The notes under the pieces were generated by a model. It saw nothing but the letters and a program-made list of their open reading frames with translations. It was not told the origin of the DNA and ran no database searches. DNA of 64,000 nt from IMG/VR virus record IMGVR_UViG_3300028832_000097, positions 106,978 to 170,977 of that record; one strand, written 5' to 3'. How positions within the stretch are numbered: the first letter of the stretch is position 1; each line of letters starts with the position of its first letter. Below, in pieces: positions 28,523 to 37,986 of this stretch. This DNA comes from a virus. Its lineage: Duplodnaviria > Caudoviricetes. The position numbers and the translations under genes were made by a program.

Positions 28523-28588
28523 AGTGATATGCCTCCGTAAATACATGATATACTAACATTAACGATTTATATTTTGGAAATTACAAAA

Positions 28589-28774
28589 TCAATCATTAGG
28601 AACGTATATTCTGATGAATTTTTCAGTCTTGAGCCGACCAGATGCATATCCATAGTAACTATTTTCTACAGTCTTATGACTAACGTTACATAGTTTAGCA
28701 AGTTCTCGTGAACTGTCAGCAACTGCTTCTGGCAACATATATTCATCATCACTCAGCTTCATCCAGATTGTCAT
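28589..28774 (-). CDS. Small phage protein with HTH-like segment
   Basis: LPEAVADSSRELAKLCNVS. Confidence 0.55.
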   Translation of the reverse strand: MTIWMKLSDDEYMLPEAVADSSRELAKLCNVSHKTVENSYYGYASGRLKTEKFIRIYVPND

Positions 28775-29342
28775 GTAGCACCTGATTGAATAATGATTTA
28801 GTATCTACACCTACAGCATGGAATTTTTCAGAAAGCGAATTCCATTTGATTATTTCGTAAGTGTAAGAATCTTGAAAATTACCTCTTCGATCTTTAAACA
28901 CATGTATGTTTACAAGTTTTCTACAAGAAGTTAATGCATCTCTACTTATTCGATTCAATATACTATCGTAGAATCTCACAGCTGGATTGTTACTTATTGC
29001 GCGAAATTCAATTCTATGTATATTTTGATCTTGTAAGTCTTTCATTACTTGTAATATTGCACTAGTTATTGCAGATGAGGGTGTATCTGCTAGTGAAATA
29101 AGTCCGAAATTATATGCACCATTAGAATAGTAATCAATTGTATATCCGATGTACCCAACTAACTTATCTGCATTATCAACAATTGCATATTGAAATCTAC
29201 CTAGTGTATCGTCGTTTTCACCTATACAATAGAATCTACCATCACAGATACATCCATTGTAATATAACATCTTATCAGAATATCTAAGTCGATCAAATGC
29301 TTTTGTTAGTTCCTCTTTATAACATATCGCAGGTATAATCAT
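28749..29342 (-). CDS. GNAT acetyltransferase (RimJ/RimL-like)
   Basis: KLVGYI...IHRIEFRAISNNPAVRFY. Confidence 0.7.
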   Translation of the reverse strand: MIIPAICYKEELTKAFDRLRYSDKMLYYNGCICDGRFYCIGENDDTLGRFQYAIVDNADKLVGYIGYTIDYYSNGAYNFGLISLADTPSSAITSAILQVMKDLQDQNIHRIEFRAISNNPAVRFYDSILNRISRDALTSCRKLVNIHVFKDRRGNFQDSYTYEIIKWNSLSEKFHAVGVDTKSLFNQVLHDNLDEAE

Positions 29343-29551
29343 ACACTACCTCTTTGCTGTTTGATAGAATACAATGTTAGCACTTCTGAATTTGCAATAC
29401 CTTTTGCAATCTCGCGAGCTACACCCTTAGATGTGTACACAAGTGCATTATTGATATTTGAGGTATATTCATACTTATTCATTGGATCATTGGAGTTTAT
29501 CTTAGATAGATATTGTTCCTTATTGATTTTCTTTATTACTGCGTCCATCAC
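29339..29551 (-). CDS. Hypothetical protein
   Basis: ORF with GGAGG RBS. Confidence 0.6.
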   Translation of the reverse strand: MMDAVIKKINKEQYLSKINSNDPMNKYEYTSNINNALVYTSKGVAREIAKGIANSEVLTLYSIKQQRGSV

Positions 29552-29566
29552 TACCTCCAGATCTAC

Positions 29567-30448
29567 TCAATTGTTGAGAAACTTAGACAGATCCATGAAC
29601 GTATCAAAATCAAGGTTGAGATACAATTCACGCAACTTACTTTCCGAAATCTTGCCCTTATTCATTATCATAAGATATGTATCTGCATCAATCTTTCCAT
29701 ATAAAGATTTCATGAGTGTGGTCAAAGCTCGATTACTTGTGCTCGACTTCTTCGGTGCAGGATTGACCTTTATTTCTGGGAGTTCAATAGCTGCAGTATC
29801 ATCTATACTAACCAGCTTCTTAGGTTTCTTGTGCTCAATGTGATGATACTGTTCATAGCCTATCTGAAACTCTTCTGCAGCTTGAGAATATGGTATATGA
29901 AAATAATCTGCAAACATCTGTGTAATTTCTTTAGGAGGTCTATTCTTTCCGGAAATGTACTTTATTACTGTAGATTTCTCCTTGCCAATGTACTTTGCAA
30001 AATCTGTAGCAGTCACATTGTTATCATTGAATCTTTGACGCCACGCAGTAATGTGTTTAATTTTATGAGATGTTTTATCTTCTAATGCAACTGCCTTTTT
30101 ATTATGCTTCTTTATTACTTTGTGATCCAATAAAACTGGATCATAAGATGTGTAATCAGGATTAGATGTAGAATTTTTCTTAATCATTTCCTGCTTATGC
30201 GTTGCTTGATAGGACATGTATCCATTATAGAATTCTGATTTACCTTCTAAGAAAGATACATCGAAAAGCTCACATATCTTTTCAATTACATGATCTTTAG
30301 GCATAAGTTTACCCGTAAAATAGTTGCCCAGCGATCCTCTAGGAATTCCGGTCTTCTCTGCAATCTCAACTATTCTGAGGTTTCGCTCTACTCGCAAATT
30401 ACTCCAATAGTTATTATGATATGAAGCGGTGTGGATTGTTTTCTGCAT
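29567..30448 (-). CDS. Protein with two XRE-HTH domains
   Basis: EIAEKTGIPRGSLGNYFTG and DFAKYIGKEKSTVIKYISG. Confidence 0.8.
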   Translation of the reverse strand: MQKTIHTASYHNNYWSNLRVERNLRIVEIAEKTGIPRGSLGNYFTGKLMPKDHVIEKICELFDVSFLEGKSEFYNGYMSYQATHKQEMIKKNSTSNPDYTSYDPVLLDHKVIKKHNKKAVALEDKTSHKIKHITAWRQRFNDNNVTATDFAKYIGKEKSTVIKYISGKNRPPKEITQMFADYFHIPYSQAAEEFQIGYEQYHHIEHKKPKKLVSIDDTAAIELPEIKVNPAPKKSSTSNRALTTLMKSLYGKIDADTYLMIMNKGKISESKLRELYLNLDFDTFMDLSKFLNN

Positions 30449-30499
30449 GTTTTGATATCCTCCTTGAAAAATTAGATACATACATTAACGATCTTGATG

Positions 30500-31039
30500 C
30501 TAAATGATCCATTTATCTGTAGGTGTCATTCCTCCAAATCCCCAATCCTCATCAGAATTTTCTACTACCAATGAAAACCCGTTTCGAGTTAACACCTTTT
30601 CTGAACCCTTGTTTCCGGGAAGTGTGCTTGCAGATATTATTTCAATATCTGTATTTTGATACAGATAATCTACGAGTAACTTAACCGTCTTTGAAGCTAA
30701 TCCTCTCCCCCAAAATTCTTCTAGCAATCTGTACCCTAGATGTACAATATGTAATTTTTCATCGTATCCATACAGTTCAGCAAGACCTACAAACGTGTGC
30801 CCACCATCAATGTATATCCCTAGAAACAAAGAATCATGTAATCTGTATGCTTCATTATACATGTATTTTATCACAACTTTAGGGTCTTCATACTGTTTTT
30901 CAAGTAAGAATGTAGGCAGATACTTGTATATTTTTGCATTGTCCATCATTTTCTTTAGTGCTTCATGATCTTGCAAAGATACTTGCTGTAATGTCACATC
31001 ATCACTGCGTATTATAGGTATAATATTAAATAGCTTCAT
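30500..31039 (-). CDS. GNAT N-acetyltransferase (RimJ/RimL family)
   Basis: LGYRLLEEFWGRGLAS, NKGSEKVLTRNGF. Confidence 0.9.
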   Translation of the reverse strand: MKLFNIIPIIRSDDVTLQQVSLQDHEALKKMMDNAKIYKYLPTFLLEKQYEDPKVVIKYMYNEAYRLHDSLFLGIYIDGGHTFVGLAELYGYDEKLHIVHLGYRLLEEFWGRGLASKTVKLLVDYLYQNTDIEIISASTLPGNKGSEKVLTRNGFSLVVENSDEDWGFGGMTPTDKWII

Positions 31040-31068
31040 ATTTAATCACCTCCCGTATACACAATATA

Positions 31069-31096
31069 ACGACCCAACTAAATTAAGTTGAGTCGT
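31069..31096 (-). terminator. Hairpin, probable terminator overlapping a class-1 promoter motif
   Basis: ACGACTCAACT/AGTTGGGTCGT stem on the minus strand. Confidence 0.5.
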
Positions 31097-31134
31097 CATG
31101 GCCTATGCAATAAAGAAAGTAAGTTTGATATCAA

Positions 31135-32085
31135 CTATTGTTCAATGTACTGCTGAATATCTTGAATTACATTTTTGATAGAAGTGCGTTCGGAAGTTCT
31201 ATTGCCAGTATAAGTTGTAGTACCTCCGCCTTCATCTGTATGTACAACTAATTCATAATCAATAGGCTCTTCGCTATCAGGGAAGAGTGTTAGGTGTTCA
31301 ACTTCACTCCACTGTCTTCCGTTACGGTCCCAATGTGCCCCGCTAGTACGCTTTCCAAAATGTACCGGAATATCATTATTGATAAAATACATGAGAAGCT
31401 GTTTAGGTGCCCAGCAAGATTTTTCCTCAAAAGTGAACAATCCCCTAGAATCTGGTAAATCGTAATTCTTTTCAAACTCCGTACGTGTGTCAGCATACTG
31501 TGGATCTGCAGCTACTCGTCTACTTATTGCATTAAATGTATCTTCTTTATCGTTTGTCCAGCTCCACCCAAAACTATTATTCTTCTTACATGCAGTTGAT
31601 AATTCTCCCCAATCAAGTAACTTGGAAGCGTAGTAGTAAGTAAGCAACTTATTTTCATCTTTGATAGCTTTTACATTTACTTTGCTACCTCTATCACGAT
31701 AATCTTTGAGTTTATCCAACACAGCTTTTGAAGGCTTGTAGAGGTCAATATCGATTTCACCTAATTCAGCATTGTAGTCATCTTCAGCTTGCTTAGATTC
31801 TGCTTCGTAAGCTTCTTTAAACTTATTCATGTCGATATAGAAATATAAATCACCATGTTTAGGCTCTATGTACTTACCGCCAGCACTGCGAATTCTAGAT
31901 TTAAGATCTGCAATTTCTTCAGGATCTAACGTATAGTACGTTCTTGTAATATAAAAATTATGTTTGCCAGATGAAGTGTTCACCAGTTTATACTTATCGG
32001 ACCATCTAGATATGCCGAGCTTACTATATAGTCGATCCATAGGTTGTTCAACATATCGCTTGCTTGCTACAATGTATCTTTTCAT
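31135..32085 (-). CDS. Hypothetical protein with MKRYIVAS leader
   Basis: 316-aa ORF, AGGAGG RBS. Confidence 0.75.
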   Translation of the reverse strand: MKRYIVASKRYVEQPMDRLYSKLGISRWSDKYKLVNTSSGKHNFYITRTYYTLDPEEIADLKSRIRSAGGKYIEPKHGDLYFYIDMNKFKEAYEAESKQAEDDYNAELGEIDIDLYKPSKAVLDKLKDYRDRGSKVNVKAIKDENKLLTYYYASKLLDWGELSTACKKNNSFGWSWTNDKEDTFNAISRRVAADPQYADTRTEFEKNYDLPDSRGLFTFEEKSCWAPKQLLMYFINNDIPVHFGKRTSGAHWDRNGRQWSEVEHLTLFPDSEEPIDYELVVHTDEGGGTTTYTGNRTSERTSIKNVIQDIQQYIEQ

Positions 32086-32098
32086 GAAATAATCCTCC

Positions 32099-32635
32099 TT
32101 ACATATTTACAGGAATGATACGTACCCAAAGTTTATTATCATTATTGTTTGCGCGAACCCAATCACAATAAGCTCGTTGTATCTTCTTAGGTGCATCCCA
32201 GATAGAATCATATTTATCCACGAGACCTAAATCGCGGATCCACATTTTGTAACTAGTTTCAAAATCATCTCCTGCATCGTTCCAGCGTGCATCATCCCAT
32301 TGAAGGATTTCATCGTCATATAATTCATCTTCAAATACAGCGATTTCAATGCTAGGAGCCCACATATCATTGTCCTTACCTTGGATAGATAAGTCAGCTT
32401 CGTCGCTTCTTTGCCATTTATCTACAATGTAATCCTTAGATTCTAATGAATATTTGATCTGATTGATAACATTATCAATAAGTTGATCTGTGATATCTTC
32501 TTTGATGGTTAACAGATATTCTTCTTCATGTGTATATTTTTCAATTCCAAGAATATGGAGATACTTTCTAAGATTGGGAAGTATCACAGTTTTCCACAAT
32601 TTTGTATATCGCTGCCATGTAGGATATATTGCCAT
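32099..32635 (-). CDS. Hypothetical protein
   Basis: ATG 32635 after GGAGG. Confidence 0.65.
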   Translation of the reverse strand: MAIYPTWQRYTKLWKTVILPNLRKYLHILGIEKYTHEEEYLLTIKEDITDQLIDNVINQIKYSLESKDYIVDKWQRSDEADLSIQGKDNDMWAPSIEIAVFEDELYDDEILQWDDARWNDAGDDFETSYKMWIRDLGLVDKYDSIWDAPKKIQRAYCDWVRANNNDNKLWVRIIPVNM

Positions 32636-32651
32636 AGTACTTGCCCCTCCC

Positions 32652-32885
32652 TTAGTTATCAATTTCTGGTGCTAAATATATAGGTAACCGCAGTTTCTTA
32701 ACTGCAGCGATTTCACTAGTTGATAACGCTGTGTATGCACCGACGTATCCAAATTCATACTCCATGTATGCTCGGAATTCATTTTCTGTTCCTTGGATGA
32801 ATATAGGTTTTTTGAACCCGTTTTCTATATAAGTGACCATCCAAACTTCTTCAATCTGATCATTTCTAATTACGTAATTATCCAT
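32652..32885 (-). CDS. Hypothetical protein
   Basis: Start trimmed to ATG 32885 to avoid overlap with the upstream gene. Confidence 0.55.
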   Translation of the reverse strand: MDNYVIRNDQIEEVWMVTYIENGFKKPIFIQGTENEFRAYMEYEFGYVGAYTALSTSEIAAVKKLRLPIYLAPEIDN

Positions 32886-32889
32886 ATTA

Positions 32890-33246
32890 TCACCAAAGAT
32901 CAAATGCATTGGAAACCGCGGTTTCTGCAGTTTCAGGTTCTGCAGCTTCTCTGCCCTCTCCAAGTACATAAACAGTACCTACGTCTATGAATTCATATCC
33001 AAATTCTTCCAATGCATCTTCGAAAGATTCTACACATACATATTGCACAATCTCTTCATAATCGAGTGTTCCCGTATGTGGAATTTCTTGCAGCCAGCCC
33101 TGTTTGTCGGAATAATCTCTATTCACATAATCGTAGATAGCAACAGGTACTAATGTCCAAACTAGATAACTGTCCATATCTTTATGTACGAATCTAGGTT
33201 CCATGCTGAATGAATATAAAACACTTCCATCGCTTATTAGCTTCAT
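32890..33246 (-). CDS. Hypothetical protein
   Basis: ATG 33246 after GGAGG. Confidence 0.6.
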   Translation of the reverse strand: MKLISDGSVLYSFSMEPRFVHKDMDSYLVWTLVPVAIYDYVNRDYSDKQGWLQEIPHTGTLDYEEIVQYVCVESFEDALEEFGYEFIDVGTVYVLGEGREAAEPETAETAVSNAFDLW

Positions 33247-33269
33247 ATTGCCCTCCTTCAATATAGATT

Positions 33270-33686
33270 TTATTTATTTATGATAGGTCTATCCTCATGA
33301 AACTTAACACCGTTGAATGTTTCATTGATATTATGCATTACTTTTGCTAAAGATAATAAAGTATCTTCGTCTAGTTCATCATAAATATGAAGTTTCCATC
33401 CGTCGCGAGTCCATGAAATATCATAATGATTGCCTGATTTAGTTGTATACAGGCTGTAAAATCCTAAAAGTTGTCCGTTATCAGCTACGCCCACTGAGTC
33501 TATATCAGAAAGTTTTAAGTTGCTTCCAGCAAGACACCTGTTAACCATTTTTACTATGTTTTCTAGCGTATTATATGGACGGTTGTATCGACTATAATTA
33601 TCTATGTAACAAGCGCCCTGAGACCTTACCGCATCGTCATTTGCTTTGATGCATTTACTAGGATATTTTGTAAGTTTCTTTATCAT
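33270..33686 (-). CDS. Hypothetical protein with basic leader (MIKKLTKYPSKCIKAN)
   Basis: ORF with AGGAGG RBS. Confidence 0.65.
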   Translation of the reverse strand: MIKKLTKYPSKCIKANDDAVRSQGACYIDNYSRYNRPYNTLENIVKMVNRCLAGSNLKLSDIDSVGVADNGQLLGFYSLYTTKSGNHYDISWTRDGWKLHIYDELDEDTLLSLAKVMHNINETFNGVKFHEDRPIINK

Positions 33687-33803
33687 GTTGCCCTCCTTAT
33701 ATTAGCTGTAACTAAATGTAGAAATTTACATTCGATTATCAGTTTATCGCTTTCTAGATCCACACCCCACATATTGCATCGAGTTGTATAAAACACCTTA
33801 GGT

Positions 33804-33995
33804 TCACACTCTTTCAAAATATATTCTAAATTTGTCCCTGCCTTCTGCATATATTGCAGTTATTGAGGACGATGCAATTTCAGGATCTAATACGGCATCA
33901 TCGCTGTATCGTTCTCCGGTATCTGCATCTATGAATTCAAACATACCTGCAGCTAATTGGTTGAACTCATCTACTGTTAAAATGATTGTGTTCAT
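33804..33995 (-). CDS. Hypothetical protein
   Basis: ORF with AGGAG RBS. Confidence 0.6.
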   Translation of the reverse strand: MNTIILTVDEFNQLAAGMFEFIDADTGERYSDDAVLDPEIASSSITAIYAEGRDKFRIYFERV

Positions 33996-34004
33996 GAATT
34001 TCTC

Positions 34005-34370
34005 CTATATCCCGTTTTTCAATTTTGTTTTCTTATCGCCAGTTAATTTTGCATATATGAAGTTGTTTCTAATATATTGATGAAAAAAGTGGCCCTTCGA
34101 GGGAGCTGCAACTAATCTGCGATACAATGCAGTAGGTACATCATAGTAGACATATATATCATCTGGACCACCTAAAGCACCTTTGAATTGTATATATAAA
34201 TCCCCATACTGCATCTTAGGGTCTTTTACATTCATAGCATAACTCCACATGTTTGAAGAGCGGACCCTAACCATGTTTTTAGTTATGTCTTTAGAAGAAA
34301 TGGCTGCAGTAATTTTACTGCGATAACTAACTGGTGCAAATGTAACTGATGCGATTTCAGGATATTTCAT
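34005..34370 (-). CDS. KTSC-domain protein
   Basis: SSN...LYIQF...YVYYDVP...YxxLVAAPSKGHFF...IRNNF. Confidence 0.85.
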   Translation of the reverse strand: MKYPEIASVTFAPVSYRSKITAAISSKDITKNMVRVRSSNMWSYAMNVKDPKMQYGDLYIQFKGALGGPDDIYVYYDVPTALYRRLVAAPSKGHFFHQYIRNNFIYAKLTGDKKTKLKNGI

Positions 34371-34371
34371 A

Positions 34372-34668
34372 TTATTGATTTCTTAATGTTGTTTTAGCAT
34401 CGCTGATTGCTTGCATTGTTTCTTCAGAAGTAGAGGAAAGTAAATAATCATAAATGTACTCCAGACCTTCCCAATCACGTCCAAGCTGTTCTGCACATTC
34501 AAGAACACCAAAAAGCCATGCAGACTTCTTATCATCTATTATTTTAGTTAGTTTACCTAACATCACGAATTCTGATCTATCACCTTTACAATGCTGGATT
34601 GCTTCTACCATGTTAGATATATCGCCATTATTCGGAAATACAGAGGCGGATGTGATTACTCGTTTCAT
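34372..34668 (-). CDS. Hypothetical protein with MKRVITSAS leader
   Basis: ORF; CACCTT motif at 34706-34711. Confidence 0.65.
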   Translation of the reverse strand: MKRVITSASVFPNNGDISNMVEAIQHCKGDRSEFVMLGKLTKIIDDKKSAWLFGVLECAEQLGRDWEGLEYIYDYLLSSTSEETMQAISDAKTTLRNQ

Positions 34669-34713
34669 AGTGTGCTCCTTGTATCATGATTATACAGATA
34701 TATATAAGGTGAA

Positions 34714-35088
34714 TCAATCTTTACACTCCCACGGAAACACAATCCACTTATCAGATTTTTCAGAAACGTAGAAATCAGGTTTTACTAATGCGCCTTCTTT
34801 GTAATACATTGTAGCAATTATGTAGTCAGGTTTGGAGTGTCCTGAGGCATTATTTGCATAATGAAGCAATGTTTCTCCAGAATCACAGATATCATCTATT
34901 ATGATACAGCCGCTGCAAGGCGCTGCAAGTAAGGGCACATTCATTCTATGGGAAAGTATTACAGCAAATATGAGCCCGCCACGAGCAGGCCCGTATACAC
35001 CGGTAATATCAGCATCTTTATATTTTCTTGCAACTTGATCACAAAATGATTCTACTTCACTCCACTGAACATATTCTTTGTTGGCCAT
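34714..35088 (-). CDS. Type I phosphoribosyltransferase (xanthine-guanine PRT-like)
   Basis: ARGGLIFA, PRPP-binding IIIDDICDSGETL, C-terminal WIVFPWE. Confidence 0.85.
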   Translation of the reverse strand: MANKEYVQWSEVESFCDQVARKYKDADITGVYGPARGGLIFAVILSHRMNVPLLAAPCSGCIIIDDICDSGETLLHYANNASGHSKPDYIIATMYYKEGALVKPDFYVSEKSDKWIVFPWECKD

Positions 35089-35232
35089 GTTTAATCCTCC
35101 GAATCTATTGATTTTGCAATAACAATGTTGCCGTTACAATCAGTAACGATTTTATAATAATCTTGACAGAAAACCAATGAACTTTAGTTCATTGGATGAA
35201 TGTCGATATAATGCCACCGTCTAAACGGTGGC

Positions 35233-35646
35233 TTATTTCTTGCCTTGATTTTCAATGTAGTATTGTAGAGTTTGTGAACTTACTTCTCCTATAGATGCTA
35301 TAAAGTACCCATCTGACCAAAAGGTGCGTTCGTGCCAGAAGCATTTAGATAGATATGGTTCATACTTCTCCCAAATATGATACGTTGTGTACTGCTTCAA
35401 ACCTCTAACAAAATCCGACAAATTGATATTCGGAGTTGTTTCTATCATATAGTGAATATGGTCTTTATCAGTTTCCATATACTTAATTTTGACATCGTGC
35501 TTGTTAGCAATTTCTTCTGACAGTTTCTTAATGTCTGAAGATACATTGTTACCCCCAAGCAATTTTCTTCTGTACTTGCATACAAAAATTAAGTGATATC
35601 TTAATAGAAATTTACATCTGTTTTTAGAAACATACTCATTACTCAT
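35233..35646 (-). CDS. tnpA: IS200/IS605 Y1 (HUH) transposase
   Basis: YHLIFVCKYRR, DHIH (HUH), FWSDGYF, YIENQ. Confidence 0.95.
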   Translation of the reverse strand: MSNEYVSKNRCKFLLRYHLIFVCKYRRKLLGGNNVSSDIKKLSEEIANKHDVKIKYMETDKDHIHYMIETTPNINLSDFVRGLKQYTTYHIWEKYEPYLSKCFWHERTFWSDGYFIASIGEVSSQTLQYYIENQGKK

Positions 35647-35749
35647 ATTTCTATATAAGGTTGTAATTAGTTTAGATTTAATATATAATTAGGATATATT
35701 AAATAACCTTATATGTATGTGAGGTTAAATCTATAGAAAGGAGAATGAT

Positions 35750-37015
35750 ATGTCAACTTATGCAGTACAAAGTAATGTCATTCGGGGATTATCCAAGAAG
35801 CAGTATGCCTTGCTTAAAGAAATGTGTCGATATTCCAATAGTCTGTATAATGTTGCTCTTTACAATATAAGACAACATTATTTTGATACTAAGATGTTTT
35901 TGACCTATGAAAGTAATTACCACGAATGTAAGACCAATGAAAGTTACAAGTTACTGCAAGCAGGGGTGGCTCAACAAACTATGAAAGTTGTTGACCGCAG
36001 TTTTAAGTCATTTTTCAACTTGTTGAAAAAGTGTAAGGTTGGAGATTATCGCTACCATGATGTAAAGATACCTCATTATAGAAAATCAGGTGGATTATTT
36101 AATTTAGTGCTTTCTACTAATGCGATTATTATTCGTGGTGATTATCTGATGCTCCCTATGAGTAGAGAGTTTAGGGCATTACATCCTGAGGTTAAAGAGA
36201 TTGCAATACCGTTTCCTAAAAGGCTTTCAGATAAAACTATTAAAGAAGTTCGTATCTTGCCTTGCAGTAATGGTAGAGTATTCAAAATTCAGTATGCGTA
36301 TGAAGTAGCAGAAGAACCGATAAATCTGAATAAGGACAATGTAATTTCAATTGACATCGGAATAGATAATTTGGCAACTTGCGTTCCCACCATTGGGACA
36401 CCATTCATTATGGATGGTCGTAAACTTAAATCAATCAATCACCAGTGGAATAAAGAAATAGCAAGACTTCGCTCAATATCTATGAAACAGGGTTTGAAAA
36501 CTACTAATCGTATTCAGAAAATCACCGCTAAACGCAACAATCAAGTGAATGACTGCATCAAGAAGACTGCACGATATATTATTGACTATTGTATAACAAA
36601 TGATATAGGTTCGCTTGTTGTCGGGTATAATGCTGATTTCAAGAGAAATTCCAATATTGGTAAAGTCAATAACCAGAATTTCGTTCAGATACCTCTTGGA
36701 GATTTGAGAAATCAGTTAAGTTTTCTTTGTTGGAAGTATGGTATTGACTACATCGAACAAGAAGAAGCCTATACATCTAAAAGCAGTTTCCTTGACAAAG
36801 ATGTATTGCCTAAATACAAGCCTGAACAACCATATAAAGGCAAGTTTAGCGGTAAAAGAATATGCCGTGGATTGTATTGTTCTGCAAATGGTACAATCGT
36901 TAATGCGGATGTAAACGGTGCGGCAAACATAATGAGAAAATGTAAGCAGAATGTCGATTTCGACAAACTGTGTCTAGGGCTTTTGGCGAGTCCTGCAAGA
37001 ATAAGGCTCTCGTAG
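35750..37015 (+). CDS. tnpB: TnpB RNA-guided endonuclease
   Basis: RuvC-I SIDIG; VVG with shifted Glu in EEAYTSK; RuvC-III NADVNGA. Confidence 0.95.
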   Translation: MSTYAVQSNVIRGLSKKQYALLKEMCRYSNSLYNVALYNIRQHYFDTKMFLTYESNYHECKTNESYKLLQAGVAQQTMKVVDRSFKSFFNLLKKCKVGDYRYHDVKIPHYRKSGGLFNLVLSTNAIIIRGDYLMLPMSREFRALHPEVKEIAIPFPKRLSDKTIKEVRILPCSNGRVFKIQYAYEVAEEPINLNKDNVISIDIGIDNLATCVPTIGTPFIMDGRKLKSINHQWNKEIARLRSISMKQGLKTTNRIQKITAKRNNQVNDCIKKTARYIIDYCITNDIGSLVVGYNADFKRNSNIGKVNNQNFVQIPLGDLRNQLSFLCWKYGIDYIEQEEAYTSKSSFLDKDVLPKYKPEQPYKGKFSGKRICRGLYCSANGTIVNADVNGAANIMRKCKQNVDFDKLCLGLLASPARIRLS

Positions 37016-37041
37016 CAAACTTCTTGCGAATCCCATTGGCT

Positions 37042-37986
37042 TTAGCCGATGGGTACGTCAATATCTCGGATTGCTAATCTTAAGTATTCCGAATCTCGTC
37101 CAATGTAGTTTGCAGCTTTTGAAATTGAAGCAAATGTTTGTACAGCACCGTCTGCACATGTTATCCTACATCTATGCGCATAACAGCGCTTTTTCTTACA
37201 TTTTGCAATATATTCTACATATGTTCTATTGTCTCTATCATATCTATAGAATTTGTGTGCAACATCTAATATAGGCCAATTATTCATTATGCAATTTGAC
37301 ACATACCCTTGTGGCATATTTAAGAATCTATCACATTGCCAAAAACTTGCAAACTCGTGTTCTACATCATCTACAACAAGCTTGCATCGATTTTTATTTG
37401 CAGGATCTGGTCTGATATATTTGATCCAGTTCTTATCAACCTCTGTGTATACTTCAACAACTTCACCACTTGTAGATGTAATTCTATATCCACGACTGAT
37501 ACATTCTGAAACATAATCTTCATATCGCCCTAAGTAATGACTTGCGACCTTTTGACTATTGAATATATGTTCACCAGAGGTGTCAAGTATTTTAACTCGG
37601 ACACCGTGACCTTCCTGATTGTTATCAAAAGCAGACATCCAGCAAAGATTCTCAATTCTGTTATCTAGTTTGTTGTGATTCTTATGATGCACAGTAGGAT
37701 TGCACATATGTGCAGGAGGATCTCCAGCAAATTTAAGCAATACAATGATATGTACCCTTATATTCAATGTTTTACCATCTTTTCGAGGTAACCCAACTTC
37801 GTAGTATCCATCATCGGTAATGTGCGGTTTAAGTATATGATTATTTAGGTTTCTGATAGTACCACAATTAGATATTTCATATGTTGAATTTAGCTGTACA
37901 TTTCGAATTTCTTGAAATGAAACCCAAAGTTCTTTGGGTTGATCTATAGGACATGAAATAGATATTAGAGGTCTGGTGCGTTTCAT
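37042..37986 (-). CDS. HNH endonuclease, C-terminally truncated by the IS605 insertion
   Basis: YEISNCG, RVH, VHHKNHNKLDNRIENLCW; last residues come from the IS end; native tail lies at 35091-35167. Confidence 0.85.
   Translation of the reverse strand: MKRTRPLISISCPIDQPKELWVSFQEIRNVQLNSTYEISNCGTIRNLNNHILKPHITDDGYYEVGLPRKDGKTLNIRVHIIVLLKFAGDPPAHMCNPTVHHKNHNKLDNRIENLCWMSAFDNNQEGHGVRVKILDTSGEHIFNSQKVASHYLGRYEDYVSECISRGYRITSTSGEVVEVYTEVDKNWIKYIRPDPANKNRCKLVVDDVEHEFASFWQCDRFLNMPQGYVSNCIMNNWPILDVAHKFYRYDRDNRTYVEYIAKCKKKRCYAHRCRITCADGAVQTFASISKAANYIGRDSEYLRLAIRDIDVPIG

Larger units (their letters stand above)
35168..37061 (+). mobile_element. IS200/IS605-family element (divergent tnpA and tnpB)
   Basis: Left hairpin CCAATGAAC-TTTA-GTTCATTGG (35174-35195) after target TTGAC (35163-35167); right hairpin CCCATTGGC-TTTA-GCCGATGGG preceded by GAAT and ending in TCAA, as in IS608; removing it restores the flanking ORF. 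Confidence 0.9.
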
